Notes under the pieces: generated by a model
The model's database searches: none
What the model saw: only the letters and a program-made list of their open reading frames with translations
Told to the model about the DNA's origin: nothing
Source of the DNA: Microthyrium microscopicum
Lineage: Eukaryota
DNA: 64,000 bases
NCBI GenBank assembly: GCA_010405405.1
Contig: MU004232.1
Location: forward strand, 1,135,481-1,199,480
Direction of reading: 5' to 3'
Shown: positions 1-12,475 of the stretch, piece after piece
Position numbering within the stretch: position 1 is the first letter of the stretch
Layout of the letters: every line of letters starts with the position of its first letter
Translations under genes and position numbers: made by a program

Positions 1-315
1 GTTCACCAAACGGGTAGACCATTGTGTCAAAATATCAGATACCAACAAGTGGAGACTGTGTTCTAGCAAAAAGACGTATTTCATGGAAGAAGGGGTCATA
101 TCTTCATGTGAAATCAACCTCTACCTAGGTAGGTAGGTACTTCTCATGGTTATCTTTTGTTGTGAAGTCCAAGAAATATACCTTATTAGAATAGCATTTA
201 CAGATGTCACAACCCGTGCTATGAAAAGATATAAGAAGCTCAAAACTCCTTGTGAGTTCATTAGTTCGCAACCGGTTGACAGATTCAACACATATCCTCT
301 AACACAAACTGAAAC

Positions 316-576
316 ATGTGCTTTGTGCGCGGGAAATGTTACAAATGTGGACATCCATATGACCCATCCAACTATATTGACTTCTGTGATACTGCGGCTA
401 TGAATATGGCCCCATGTGAGTATCCTAAACCGACTCAGGGTACAGTGGATGAGCTTTGTGCCTATTGTAAGCACAATAACCCTTATGTACGGCCTCACGC
501 TGACACGTTACTTCAAGGTGCAATGGACACTGTACCATTCCGCTATTACAACCATTTGAGGCTTTCGGATATATGA
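316..576 (+). CDS. Small Cys/His-rich protein, MC-CGH family copy 1 (86 aa)
   Basis: ATG-started ORF with M-C-x3-G-x2-Y-x-C-G-H...C-x2-A-x6-C-x2-P-x10-C-x2-C, the same scaffold as ORFs at 1738 and 2439. Confidence 0.7.
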   Translation: MCFVRGKCYKCGHPYDPSNYIDFCDTAAMNMAPCEYPKPTQGTVDELCAYCKHNNPYVRPHADTLLQGAMDTVPFRYYNHLRLSDI

Positions 577-1174
577 TATTCAAAGAAGCTTTCATCTGAC
601 AAATTGTTGGCTATGGCGCAGTGACTAAAAAGAAATCTGTGCGGTAAACAAACGGCATTAAAATCACTACTAAATCCTCCACTCTGTTTGTTTGTTCTAA
701 GAAGATGGAGGCTTTGTCTCAGACTAGTATGTGTGATAGGACCTTATTATGATGTTTATTTCCAATACCACAAGCACCTTATTTTACTACCGTTTGTTCC
801 ATGGTTTGGGCGTGTGGCGTTGCAGTGACGTTCGTCTCAGCTTTGAAAAGATGCAATACTTAACCTACCAGACACTGCAAGGTACCTAATCGCTTGGAGT
901 CTATCAAAAGCTATATACATCCCATAGCTTCTGCCGGAATGGTTGCGCGAATGAAAAAAAGACTTAGTACTTTCGTCAAACTTCCCAGGAGCACAACATA
1001 AAGTAAGCATTAATATCAAGAGCAGAATGTGCATCCATCAAAGATCATGTTTCTCTTGTGGTCATTATCTGAGCTGGCCATGTCTTTGCTGCTCTTGATT
1101 GTCGGTGCCAGAGTTTAGGTCTACAGTTTGCAGCAAACAAATCCTATTGCTCTCCATACCTAGGTAGGTACCTA

Positions 1175-1396
1175 CCATAGCGCGCGAGGGGGAGTTTTGC
1201 AAATGATCATAGGGGAATCTTAGGCAAGAACGAATCACTTTAGCATGTTATGATCGTTTTTATTCTTCTTAATTATGCTTTAATCATTATAACGACAATG
1301 TCTACATAACTGCAATCGGCAAAGGGGAAGAAATTGTAGATTTGTGTACCAAATCATCATATGAGGATTTCTATAACTCCCCCCTCCACGCTATGG
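1175..1396. mobile_element. Putative non-autonomous MITE (Tc1/mariner-like, TA flanks)
   Basis: Left end CCATAGCGCGCGAGGGGGAGTT and right end AACTCCCCCCTCCACGCTATGG are imperfect inverted repeats; TA at 1173-1174 and 1397-1398; AT-rich non-coding interior. Confidence 0.6.
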
Positions 1397-1737
1397 TAGT
1401 TGATTGATGTCATCAAATTCACGATACCAGACCTTTATATGATCTCCATGTGATAGCACCCCTCAGTGGTCAAAGTTTCAAACGATGGTGAAGAGTAAGA
1501 GCTGAATGTTATCGCCGCCGTATGATCCAACCAAGTAAAATTGGCAGATCATTCTATAAGCTCCTTGGGATCCATATCACCACCACTGTTACGAATGTGG
1601 CGTACGAATTGTGAACAGCACAGCTTAAAAAGTATTTAAAACGCGTATCTCCTTGATATATTCCCACTTATACCTTTCTCACAATTTGCAACAGAGCAAG
1701 AAATTGATATATAAGCAATATCATTGACGAATATAAG

Positions 1738-1965
1738 ATGTGTCAATACATAGGAAAACTCTACGCATGTGGACACATCATCCCCGAGGTTGATGTATAT
1801 GGGAATCAGCTTGCAAGCTTATTCTTTCCCTGCCAGCTAGCTATTCAAACCGGAGTATTCTGCAGTAAGCCGCAAACTACTCAAGGAGCTTCAAATTGGA
1901 GCTGTCAGAAACCAGAGTGTGTGAACATTGGATCGCATGTTGAGCCAGCCTGGAAGTTTAGATAA
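1738..1965 (+). CDS. Small Cys/His-rich protein, MC-CGH family copy 2 (75 aa)
   Basis: MCQYIGKLYACGH...CQLAIQTGVFCSKP...CQKPECVNIGSH; TATA-like TATTTAAAA near 1633. Confidence 0.75.
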   Translation: MCQYIGKLYACGHIIPEVDVYGNQLASLFFPCQLAIQTGVFCSKPQTTQGASNWSCQKPECVNIGSHVEPAWKFR

Positions 1966-2341
1966 TCTATTGACCTTGCAGTCAAACACTTGAGCACCGG
2001 AACACGCTCATAGTTCATAGCTTTTCTTGTAATCTAAGATACTCATTGTTATGATTGGGGATCATTATCCTGCACAGATGCGAACATAAGTCTCAGTGAC
2101 TTCAAGTGCCAACGATAACAAACGTATCCAAGCAATCGGAAATTCAGCCAACCATCAGAACTGTTTGAGATACTACCTGGGCTTTTGACAGTCGCCTTCC
2201 CACCGTGACAGAATATGGCACTTGAAAGTACCTATTTGAACTGTTAAATACCCAATGTTGTTTCAATTGTGCTCTCCTCTCCAACACAACACAAGCAAAA
2301 ATCTATTACTGGAACAACCAATTCACAATCTTCATTGCAAT

Positions 2342-2435
2342 ACTTCATCACGCACTTCATCACATACTTCATCACAATACTTCACCACAATCCTTCACCA
2401 CAACACTTCACCACAACACTTCACCGCAAGACTTC
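2342..2435 (+). repeat. 12-13 bp minisatellite (ACTTCA[TC]CACAA[TC]-like), about 7.5 copies
   Basis: Units acttcatcacgc, acttcatcacat, acttcatcacaat, acttcaccacaat, ccttcaccacaac, acttcaccacaac, acttcaccgcaag, acttc; ends 3 nt before the ATG at 2439. Confidence 0.85.
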
Positions 2436-2438
2436 GAG

Positions 2439-2654
2439 ATGTGCTCCTTCACAGGACAATGTTTCGCTTGTGGTCATCCCGTGCCCGAGCCTCTGATGGA
2501 ACTGAAATACTACAACCTGTGCCTACCCGCTCTGGACAGCGGCCGCCACTGCGACAAGCCCAAATCAGCTAAGGATAACATCAATGCGAACTGTGGAAGA
2601 CCAGAATGTCAGAACATTGGACCCCACACTGAAGCTGGTTATGAGTTCAAATAG
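2439..2654 (+). CDS. Small Cys/His-rich protein, MC-CGH family copy 3 (71 aa)
   Basis: MCSFTGQCFACGH...CLPALDSGRHCDKP...CGRPECQNIGPH; closest to copy 2 (shared PECxNIGxH). Confidence 0.75.
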   Translation: MCSFTGQCFACGHPVPEPLMELKYYNLCLPALDSGRHCDKPKSAKDNINANCGRPECQNIGPHTEAGYEFK

Positions 2655-3458
2655 ATTGGGTATTCTCGGTCTTTACTCCTTAGCCTGATGATGTACTTTA
2701 GTCTAGATGGAGATCTTGATCGGCATGATCTATGCTGATAGTTAATGAATGGCTTTCATTTCTCATGACTATTGATCTTTGTTGTTTCCGAAACGAATTA
2801 TGTAAAAGTGCGCTAACAAATTATCACCCGCGGTTTACATGAAGATTTCAAAGGAGAGACCATGAGTGTGTTATGTCTTAACAATCATTGTCGTTAGGCG
2901 GGATGCTATCCCTGAGCATGAATTTTATCGCCAGCTTGTTATTGCCCGCCCACGTAGCATATACGCTGGAACTGGAGTCGAAAGCGATAGTTCTGGGTAT
3001 ATTAGGAAACAAGGATCGTGCTCAATCAATCTGTCTGGTTATGAATGTGTAAAGTCAATACATTGAGTGATTATGGACAATTGAGTTGAAATCTCGGTCA
3101 TTAACTCCAAAACCAACTCCTGTTCGCAAGCAATGACAGCAAATGTTAAGGACAGGCTAGAACGACAAAAGAAAGAATGGAAGCCACTTTTAGAGGTAAT
3201 CATGCACAGATACATGTGAACAGCAGAAGAACTTGTACAGCACCGGCAGCTTCAATTGGAATCTGCCAGCATCATTCTTCAAATTGATTATCAAGCATGA
3301 ACTCAAATTGGGGAATCTTTTAAGCAAAAGTAGGGAACAAAACCAGTTCGCAAAAAGTCCAACTGTACTACACCAGTTAGATATCCAACTCTCGTGTATC
3401 CAAAACATCCTCAAATCAGACATTACATCATCAAAAATGAAGGCAACCATACAACACC

Positions 3459-5580
3459 TTACAACTGACGGAAATTCTGCATATGACGGATGGTATGCTT
3501 CATCTCGTCCATGAAGTTGTTGTGTTCATCATGCCGCTGGTTGAGCTTATCGAAGAGTGTTATGTAAACCTTCAGCAATTCTTTCAGATCGCCAGCCTCT
3601 CGTGCTGCTCTGCCTGTGTTTAGAAAGTGTTCCATATCTTCTACATCGCTGTCGCGCCAGAACGGATGTAGGCTCATCTGAGATACCAATTCGCTTAGCT
3701 GTGCATAGCCAATAAGTATGGCTGGCCGGATCCGCGGCTGAGAGTCAGTCACCTCTTCGCGGAAGCTCATCAGACATGCCTGGAGCATGTCTTTTTCGGA
3801 GAGCGGGAGGTTGGTGGATAGATTCACTTCGTTGTCGCCGATTCTGGTAGAGCGCATGATTGCGACTGACCCCACTGAACGTGCTGAGAGTCGACGGAGG
3901 GGGTTGAGGAGCGCTTTGCCGTAGTGTATCGCGGTACTGGTAGAGTTGTTGGCGGCGGGGCCGCCGCTGGCAATAGGAAGCGCATTGGTCATGCGGATGT
4001 CCACGTCTATCTTCCGTAGAGGCATATCGCTGTTATCGTTCAGACAGTCGACCATTCGATGTATGTAGTCGCAGAGCAAGTTACGCTGTGCCTCTGCCAT
4101 GACTTCTTCTTCTCTTTCGGCATCTGAAAGAGGTGCAGTGAAACCTTCTCCAGGCTGGTCGAACTTGATGTTGATCTTGAATGAACGAATTCGAGTGAAA
4201 TAATGCATTGCTAGTAGCGGCTGCCAAGGTCTGAAATCATTCTGGATTCCTGATGGAGGTGCCTTCAAGCGAGCATTATGGTTATGCCCGTATGATATTA
4301 CCATTTGCTGCTGCCGTGATATCATCATTTGGTAGGTCGGGTCGTTTCCACGACTGCGCATGATAGACGACACTGTGTTACTTGCGGAGGCGAATTGTTT
4401 TTTCGAAGCCAGAGTGATACTGGTTCGACCACCAAGTTCATTTGCGATGATGACTTCGAAAGTTGGCCGACCGTACAGAGCATCGGCGAATTCGTCATGG
4501 ATCATTCTGTTGACTCGCAGGAGAGGTGTGGCAATAGATACCCTATATCATATGAGCTTCAGGTCTTTGAACTGCAAAAATAAGGAAATGATCACAGTGC
4601 CATCATCACAGCGCATTTCACAAGGGAAACAAACTTTACTTTTCATTGCGATCACCCGAAGAGTTACGTTTCAACGCAGCCGACAGCATAAGAAGTACTT
4701 GTAAAGAGGCAGGGCAGAAGATAGAATAATATCGTCAACGCAAGCCAAGTCAAAGTTTTGCAGGCACTCGAGAAGAAAAGCACTTGACACAGACGGCAGC
4801 AAATGATAGCTTGCGGTCGACGAGAACGCGGCATACAAAAAGAACTGACCTATCTTCTCGAAATTCCCGTTTGCCATAGAAGCTCGCTCGAAGTTGGGAA
4901 GTGTAGGAGGCACTCTGTGCGGAAACCGTCTTATTTGGAATCAGATACTCGTAGATCATGAGGCGGATTTCCACGGGTACATCCAAGAAGCCGCATTTGC
5001 CTTGGTCCCTATGCTGGTCGCAGAGAGAAAACCCATGAGCTTCCCACCGAAGTGTTTTGCCACATGCGAATCCACAGTGCAACATGGCTTTGCATTGTGT
5101 CGCAGGCATGATTTGATCCCGATGTGATGGGCATACAGGCAGTTTTCCTTTAATGAAAGTCGTGACGGGCCGAAGACATGCTTTGCCCCTATATGGTCCA
5201 TTTGGCGACCATCTGCCGTAGCATTCAGCCACTGGTTTGGATGCTCTTGATGGATGGAGCTCACAGACATGGCTCTGTTCGACCTTGATGCGCTTGGTGC
5301 GAGCTGGTATGCCCCCTCCAGGATGCCGACGCTTCTTCTTCGATGGTGTTGCCGAAATCTGTATCTCTGGTAAGTCCATCAAGACTGGCCAAAGTTGTGC
5401 CTGTGGTACGGGATGGTTCTGCGACGTGGAGGTTGTTGAACTGTCTACTACTTCGGGCATGAGCCCGTCCCAGGGCCGCGTCCAGTCTTGCGGCTCTTGC
5501 CAGTCTCCGAGATACATGCCACTATCGAGGAAAGCTGCAATCCCATCGTTCTGATCGAAGGGCAGGATACTATCAGACAT
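3459..5580 (-). CDS. Protein with tandem Cys/His (putative zinc-finger) units and an F-box-like motif
   Basis: ATG at 5580; CPSHRDQ and CDQHRDQ units, then FLDVPVEIRLMIYEYL; inferred intron 4849-4543 (GTCAGT...TAG) joins EDR to VSIATPLLRVNRMIHDEF in frame with the 348-aa ORF. Confidence 0.7.
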
Positions 5581-7791
5581 TGGGAACAACCTAAGAATAA
5601 TACTCTACCTTGTATGAGTATCTGGATAGATATATAAAGGATATGGATGAAGATGCGGGGGGATTTCCACGTCAGGCTGAAGATAACTGTTTGCAGTAGT
5701 CAACGATCTCACAAAGTGGAGTTGGACGATGCAGCTTTTAACAGGTGACTTGGAATCTGGAAGACTGGATAGGCCGCATTGGATTCCTTGCAGAAGTTGC
5801 AGAGCGGCTAGTGGTCGATGCCTAGGGCGTGCCTGCTGGTGTCTGTCGTGGTAATATTGTGGTGATACACAAGGGAGGAAGTAACAGATTATACTAATAG
5901 TTTACGGCCTTGAAGGCAACAGACCCCTATTTGTACCAAATTTGAAATTTTCTATTCAGTCAGACTTGTGAGCAGGTCCCGGATGAATGGCCTCTTTGTA
6001 CATGCAGGCGGGTAACACTAATTTCTAAAGACATGAAGTAAGACCAAGTACAGGTAACTGGCGGTTCCCGTCGATTCTGTTTTCTGATCTGACCCGCTCT
6101 ATTTTCTATCTATAGTACGCCTGGAGACCTGCTGGAATCAAATACTTTGTTTGCTGTAAGACGCATTGCCACTCATTAAAGGACCTGAATTCATGTCAAA
6201 ATGGCATCTTCTGTCGAGAGCCCGTGTTAACCCTTGTCATCAGTGAGGACTCTAGTATTCATACTGTTATGCAGTTCACCGAGGCCGTTGACAGTACCCG
6301 GCAGTATGTGCCTTTATACATCTAGCTGCAAGGTAAAAAAAATCGAAGCGATAATGAGTACTAGTCATGTCCGGTCTGTCACTCGACGGCAGGGATGGAA
6401 TCAAATCTATGCCCCCTGAGGAACGAAGTATTTCCTCCCAGTGAAAGCAATGTCAAGGCGAATTGGTGCCATGCATGTCAACGGACGGGCAGTGACTTAC
6501 ATTTCTTTGTGATCTCAAGCTGTGCCGTCAAGATCCTGGCACGCCCAGCATGACTAGCATGACTACACCCTACTCCCTTTTCTTGACATTTCGTGCACGC
6601 CCTTCTGCAAACACCGAGCTGGAAGCAGAGACCACGCCAATAGTGTCTCCATAATGGGCCGTGGGGCAGAATGTGTGCGCTTAAATAAGCGGTAACCAAA
6701 CAAGTTGCGATTTTGTTGGGCTTCATGCACACCATGCGCTCTAGGAAAGTCACATCCTCCCGTCGTAACAGGTGGCAGTCCAGGTGCAATACGGCAGATA
6801 ATAAGGTAGAACCAGAACTTGGGTGCTTTCACTCGGGTGATAGCGAGGCGCCTGGCAACATAGCACCTAGGCTACAAGGACGCACAAGTGACGTGGTGAT
6901 GATTTACTTGTAAATGATGGGTTGAAGTTGGAGGGTGGAGGTACTTCAGCACAGAACGAGCCGCTAGCGAACGATCTGAACCATAGTTGAGCTTGCGAAT
7001 ATCACCAAGTGGTACTGTGATCCTGCAGTAGAGGTAATATGCCACTTGCCCATCAAAGGGGTGAATATTATTTTGCCACTGATGACAGGTCGAGATGGCA
7101 TGGTAGATGTTCCTTCCCCTAATAGGTACTGCACAAAGTATGAAGGCCTCAGAAATCTTATGGACGATAGATCAATCGAGAACCCTAGGCGAGGCGTATT
7201 GAATTGCGCGCTTCGTGGTACATTGACACATGCTACTATTCCGTCCATAGGCTCAGTTGATTAAGAAGCCTGAACTTACAGACCACTCGAGTATCAAGAC
7301 ACGTTGACAAGTGCTCGACCACTGTACCAAATTTTGGTGCGCTTCCATCTACGTCGAAGTGTGGTCGTCATCAGTTCTATAGAGAAGAGACTTGATTTCA
7401 TATCGAAGTTAAAGAAACAGCTGCAGATTAATGCATTCGGAAGAAAGCGAGATAGCGAGATTGATGGTACCAGCAAAGTTGATGGAAGCGCGTAGCATGT
7501 GCTGAAGATGTAGCTGATCGTGAATGAGATGGTCAGAGCAAATGGCCCGAGCAATTGTTCCCATAAAAGGCTATGGGAAGTGTGCGTTGAGCATTAGGGA
7601 GAATGTTAGTCAGCGATTGAGAGCAGTGTTCCCTACCAAACTTGAGGTCACTGAGATTCAAGCTTCATCAACTTTTTGGTGGTTGCCTTTTTGATGACTC
7701 ATCCCTGACTACACCTCATACTACCAACCTCGACTGCACCCAAAACTTTTATACATTTCTATCTCCTACAAAACCCCTCATCTCACCCGCG

Positions 7792-10700
7792 ATGGACGAA
7801 TTCGAGACCTTAGAAGTCGTTTCTAAGGTTACCTCAGAGCTGCACAATCATTTGGGCGTATCCGACAAAACGCTCGCTGAATTCATCATCGCCCAACACT
7901 CAGAATCCCTCGCCGACTTCCAAAAGAAGCTCGATGCATTAGGCGCAGACTTGCCAAAGAGCCTAGTCGAGTCCATCGATCGCGTAATCCTCACCCTACA
8001 TCCGAAGTACAAGAAAAAATCAGGCGGCAAGAATGGAAGCGCTACGCTGCAAAACGAAAAAGATAGGAAGGCTCGAATATTCAAGGGCATGGCTATTCCA
8101 GATAAAGAAATAGCGTTTGACGATACGTTTGCCATGTTGGAAGGAATGGCTGGTCCAAAGAAGCAGAAGAATAGCAGATCTGAAGAGTTTCGTCCAGAAA
8201 GAAATTCACGTAGGTCGCCACCATTCAACGTTAGGCGCGATCGAAGCAGATCCCCATACCACGATCGTAGAAGCCGGAAAAGAAGCCCTCCTCCATCTTA
8301 TGGCAATCGATATGAACGTGGATCGAAGCGACATCAAGCCAGCGCAGCACCAAAGCAGAAGAAGCGTCTTACTTCACCAGAGAGATGGGAAATTCAGCAA
8401 TTAATTGCGTCGGGAGCCCTCTCACGCGATCAATTTCCAGACATCGATGACGACGGGGATCAGAACGTCCGAAACTTCGATGAAGAAGAAGAGGAAGACG
8501 TGGATATCGAGGTTCGGGACGAAGAGCCCCCATTCCTAGCAGGCCAAACAAAACTCTCGTTGGAATTATCTCCCATCAGAGTTGTCAAAGCACCAGATGG
8601 ATCGATGAATCGAGCCGCTATGGCTGGAGGCGAGTTGGCAAAAGATAGACGAGATCTGCGACAACAAGAGGCACAGGAGAAAGCGGCGGAAGAAGCTAGC
8701 AAAGTTGATCTCTCAGCGCAGTGGCAGGATCCTATGGCTGCGCGAGATTCACGCATGTTTGCGAGCGATCTCAAGAAAAAGACAGGTGGGGCTGGAGAAG
8801 AAGTACTTCCGGAATGGAAAAAGATTGCACAGAATAAGGAGCGATCTCTGGGAAAGAGGACAGATCTTTCGATGAAAGAACAGCGGGAGAGTTTGCCCGT
8901 ATACAAATTTCGAAAACAGCTCCTGGAAGCAGTCCACGCCAACCAAATTCTTATCGTGGTCGGAGATACCGGTTCTGGAAAAACAACACAGATGACTCAG
9001 TATCTTGCTGAAGGTGGCTTTGCTGAGCATGGTATTATCGGATGTACTCAACCTAGACGTGTCGCCGCCATGTCTGTGGCAAAGCGAGTGTCTGAAGAAG
9101 TTGGTTGCCGGCTTGGCCATGAGGTTGGATATACTATTCGGTTTGAGGATCAAACTGGACCGGACACCAAGATTAAATATATGACTGATGGTATTCTCCA
9201 GCGTGAGATTCTTTTAGATCCGCTCTTAAGAAAATACTCGGTTATCATGCTTGATGAGGCCCACGAAAGGACAATTGCAACGGATGTCCTTTTCGGCTTA
9301 CTAAAAAAAACCATCAAAAAACGACCAGACCTGAAGTTGATAGTCACTTCGGCTACTCTTGATGCGGACAAGTTCTCAGAATACTTTGTTCAATGTCCTA
9401 TTTTTCATATTCCAGGCCGTACATTTCCTGTCGAGGTTATGTATTCTCGGGAGCCGGAATCAGATTATGTTGATGCTGCGCTCATTACAGTTATGCAAAT
9501 CCATATTTCAGAACCGCCAGGCGACATTTTGCTTTTTCTTACGGGTAAGGAAGAAATTGACACGAGCTGCGAAATTCTACATGAGCGAATGAAAGCTCTT
9601 GGGCCCGGTGTACCAGAACTCATGGTTCTTCCGATTTATGGCGCTCTACCGAGTGAAGTGGCCAGCAAAATTTTCGAGCCTGCACCCAACGGAACACGAA
9701 AAGTGGTTATTGCTACTAATATCGCCGAAACATCTATCACTATTGATGGCATTTACTACGTTGTCGACCCAGGAATGGTCAAACAGTCAGCATATGATCC
9801 TAAACTGGGTATGGACCGACTACAAGTAATGCCAATATCTCAAGCACAAGCCAAGCAACGTGCAGGTCGTGCCGGCCGTACTGGACCCGGTAAATGCTTC
9901 CGACTATACACAGAGGCGGCATTCCAGTCAGAGATGTTGCCAACAACAACCCCGGAGATTCAGCGTCAGAATCTGTCAAATACAATCCTCATGTTGAAAG
10001 CCATGGGCATAAACGACATTCTCAACTTTGACTTCATGGACCCACCTGCCACAAACACTACCTTAACAGCACTAGAAGAATTATACCAACTATCTGCGTT
10101 AGATGACGAGGGATTATTAACCCGACTGGGTCGCAAGATGGCCGATTTCCCAATGGACCCTGGACTAGCCAAATCATTGATCGAGTCTGCTGCCGTTGGA
10201 TGCTCCGAAGAACTTCTCACCGTAGTATCCATGATCTCTGGAACACAAACTCAGCAACTGTTCTACCGACCTAAGGAGAAGCAAACCCAAGCCGACCAGA
10301 AGAAACAGAAGTTCAACGACCCTCACGGCGACCATCTTACCCTTCTCAACGTCTACAACGCCTGGCGCCGCAATAACAAGTCCCGTGCATGGTGCCAGGA
10401 GAACTTCATCCAGTGGAAGGTTATAGATCGTGTTGAAAACGTCCGAAAGCAACTCCTCACTATCTTTGAACGTCATAAGCTTGTAGTCGAGTCCTGCGGT
10501 CGTGATACCACCCTTGTTCGCCGCGCCTTGTGCTCAGGTTTCTTCCGCAATGCGGCGCGCAAGAGTCAAGAAGGCAACTATATGACGTTGGTTGAAAATA
10601 CCCCCGTCTACTTACATCCCTCCTCGGCCATCTTTGGGCGACCCGCGGAGCATGTTATCTACCATGTGTTGGTGGAGACCACTAAGGAATACATGCATTG

Positions 10701-10896
10701 CGTTACCGTTATTGAACCTAAATGGCTTGTGGAAGCGGCGCCCACGTTCTTCCGTGTAGCTCCAACTGATCGTTTGAGTAAACGTAAGAAGGCTGAACGA
10801 ATACAGCCATTGCATAATAAGTTTGCGGGCGAAGATGACTGGCGGTTGAGTGCGCAGCGGCGCGGTGGACGCGGAGGCGCAGGAACCTGGGGTTGA
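7792..10896 (+). CDS. PRP22: Pre-mRNA splicing DEAH-box helicase Prp22/DHX8
   Basis: [31 protein letters not shown] and QRAGRAGR motifs; [11 protein letters not shown] and [21 protein letters not shown] segments typical of fungal Prp22; intronless; ATG 7792. Confidence 0.95.
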   Translation: MDEFETLEVVSKVTSELHNHLGVSDKTLAEFIIAQHSESLADFQKKLDALGADLPKSLVESIDRVILTLHPKYKKKSGGKNGSATLQNEKDRKARIFKGMAIPDKEIAFDDTFAMLEGMAGPKKQKNSRSEEFRPERNSRRSPPFNVRRDRSRSPYHDRRSRKRSPPPSYGNRYERGSKRHQASAAPKQKKRLTSPERWEIQQLIASGALSRDQFPDIDDDGDQNVRNFDEEEEEDVDIEVRDEEPPFLAGQTKLSLELSPIRVVKAPDGSMNRAAMAGGELAKDRRDLRQQEAQEKAAEEASKVDLSAQWQDPMAARDSRMFASDLKKKTGGAGEEVLPEWKKIAQNKERSLGKRTDLSMKEQRESLPVYKFRKQLLEAVHANQILIVVGDTGSGKTTQMTQYLAEGGFAEHGIIGCTQPRRVAAMSVAKRVSEEVGCRLGHEVGYTIRFEDQTGPDTKIKYMTDGILQREILLDPLLRKYSVIMLDEAHERTIATDVLFGLLKKTIKKRPDLKLIVTSATLDADKFSEYFVQCPIFHIPGRTFPVEVMYSREPESDYVDAALITVMQIHISEPPGDILLFLTGKEEIDTSCEILHERMKALGPGVPELMVLPIYGALPSEVASKIFEPAPNGTRKVVIATNIAETSITIDGIYYVVDPGMVKQSAYDPKLGMDRLQVMPISQAQAKQRAGRAGRTGPGKCFRLYTEAAFQSEMLPTTTPEIQRQNLSNTILMLKAMGINDILNFDFMDPPATNTTLTALEELYQLSALDDEGLLTRLGRKMADFPMDPGLAKSLIESAAVGCSEELLTVVSMISGTQTQQLFYRPKEKQTQADQKKQKFNDPHGDHLTLLNVYNAWRRNNKSRAWCQENFIQWKVIDRVENVRKQLLTIFERHKLVVESCGRDTTLVRRALCSGFFRNAARKSQEGNYMTLVENTPVYLHPSSAIFGRPAEHVIYHVLVETTKEYMHCVTVIEPKWLVEAAPTFFRVAPTDRLSKRKKAERIQPLHNKFAGEDDWRLSAQRRGGRGGAGTWG

Positions 10897-11870
10897 GGTC
10901 TGTATATATTGTATATTACGCTAATGAAGAACATTATGCAAGCTCCCACTATGCTTTCTGTTGGAAATACAAGCTCTTTTCCTTCAGCTACAACAAGCAA
11001 TGGACTTCCGTCACTAGATGCCCATTCTTCTGCTAGTATAAATTGCAAAAGCATATCATTACAGTCTTTTGCTTCATGACAAGAAGGCTGAAGGCAACTC
11101 ATGGGGTGGCATATTTCAAGGGCCCTGATGATACCAATTTGGGCATGCACTACATAGAGAATACTCTTAATGACAAGGCTAATAGCGCCTCAGATCGAAG
11201 GTCTTGTCATCATCATGACATTACTCCCCGAACAAATTCGTGAGTTTAAACGCTGGGCCAAGACCCACTTTCATGGGGACATGTTGGTGGCTGAGATAAT
11301 GTTTGCATGCCAAGTTCATGACAGTAGTCATGATTCATCTTTTGAGCTGATTTTCGCCAGGATTTCATATCGTGATAGCATATTGGCTATTTTTGTGGTG
11401 TTGGTGTTGGTGGCGACCATGTATGAAACAGGTTGGCGCCGTACACGCCGCAATTCTTCAACGACAATCCTTCTAGCGCCAACTCCAGACATCCTTCCAA
11501 GGGTTATTCTGTTCACTCCGCCATCATCTTGAGCTGATACCATATAGTTGCAAACGTTTTCGATTCGATATCACCAATCATTTTGACCACGATGGTAAAG
11601 CGTCTCTTTTCTTCGAGTCGCCAAGGTCGCTGCCATCGCGATGGGTATGATAGTTCTACAGAAATAGCGTCATGACAACAATGCGGCACAGTTAGCCCAT
11701 CTGAAGATAGTCGAGTCCAACAAGGCATGGCTGAGTATGTTGTATATCTCCACCAACTTCGCAAAATGTATAAATATCACCCAACAGTTCATGAAATCTG
11801 TCTTTGATATCAACCAACTCATCCTACTCATCTTCATTCAACAGATCCTACCAACATAAGCGCCGCCAGC

Positions 11871-12475
11871 ATGCATTTTCTATCAACTGTTCTTACCATT
11901 GGGCTGGCAAGCCTGGCAGTCTCTTCCCCCCTCGCCTTACCCGACACTATCGATCTTTCCAAGGTGAAACTTGTGAAAAGGGACGACGTCAAAAGCTCCC
12001 AGGACGGCAACGTCCCTCAAGAGTGCTCATTTTTGGGACCGCGATTGACATTCAACTACCAAGTGATCGATCTTGGGGGACACGGTACAGCTTGCATCGG
12101 CGCTCAAACTGGTGTGGGCGCGAACTGTCCAGCCTCTGGGGGCTGGACTGATCAGGATTATAGCGACATAGTCAGTGCAGTAAATCAACAGGTAAGAAAT
12201 GCTTCTTCAGCCAGGGCGAAGGCAGTCTCCGTACTTGGGTAGCTAACAATTCCCGAACTCAGGTCACGAAAGACGGTGCCTTGGAAACTTCCGAGGTTGG
12301 GGATTGGACTGTGAACTGGTTTCTGGGCAACTCAGCTGTCCCGGATCAAACATCCTATTCAGTGCTGTTCCAAACTGGCCTCGAATTTGGCGAATTGAAG
12401 GATGAGCAATATAAGAACTTTTTCTTCGGCTACAACAACAACTACATCGCAATAAGCCATAAACTTTTTTGCTAG
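11871..12475 (+). CDS. Small secreted protein with KR pro-peptide site and 4 Cys
   Basis: Signal peptide MHFLSTVLTIGLASLAVS; VKR site; intron 12192-12262 (GTAAGA...GCTAAC...CAG) joins in frame to VTKDGALETSEVGDWTVNW...KLFC*; TATAAA near 11769. Confidence 0.8.

Noticed and set aside
2342..2435. CRISPR-like array
   Set aside because: Head-to-tail repeats without spacers, in a eukaryote.
2255..2572. His/Thr-rich ORFs 2255-2572 and 2269-2496
   Set aside because: Translations of the minisatellite; the conserved frame starts at 2439.
6234..7554. Several short ORFs upstream of PRP22
   Set aside because: No recognisable motifs or coherent exon chain.
7642..7791. N-terminal extension of the PRP22 ORF
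   Set aside because: TTG start from the ORF caller; conserved-looking sequence begins at ATG 7792.
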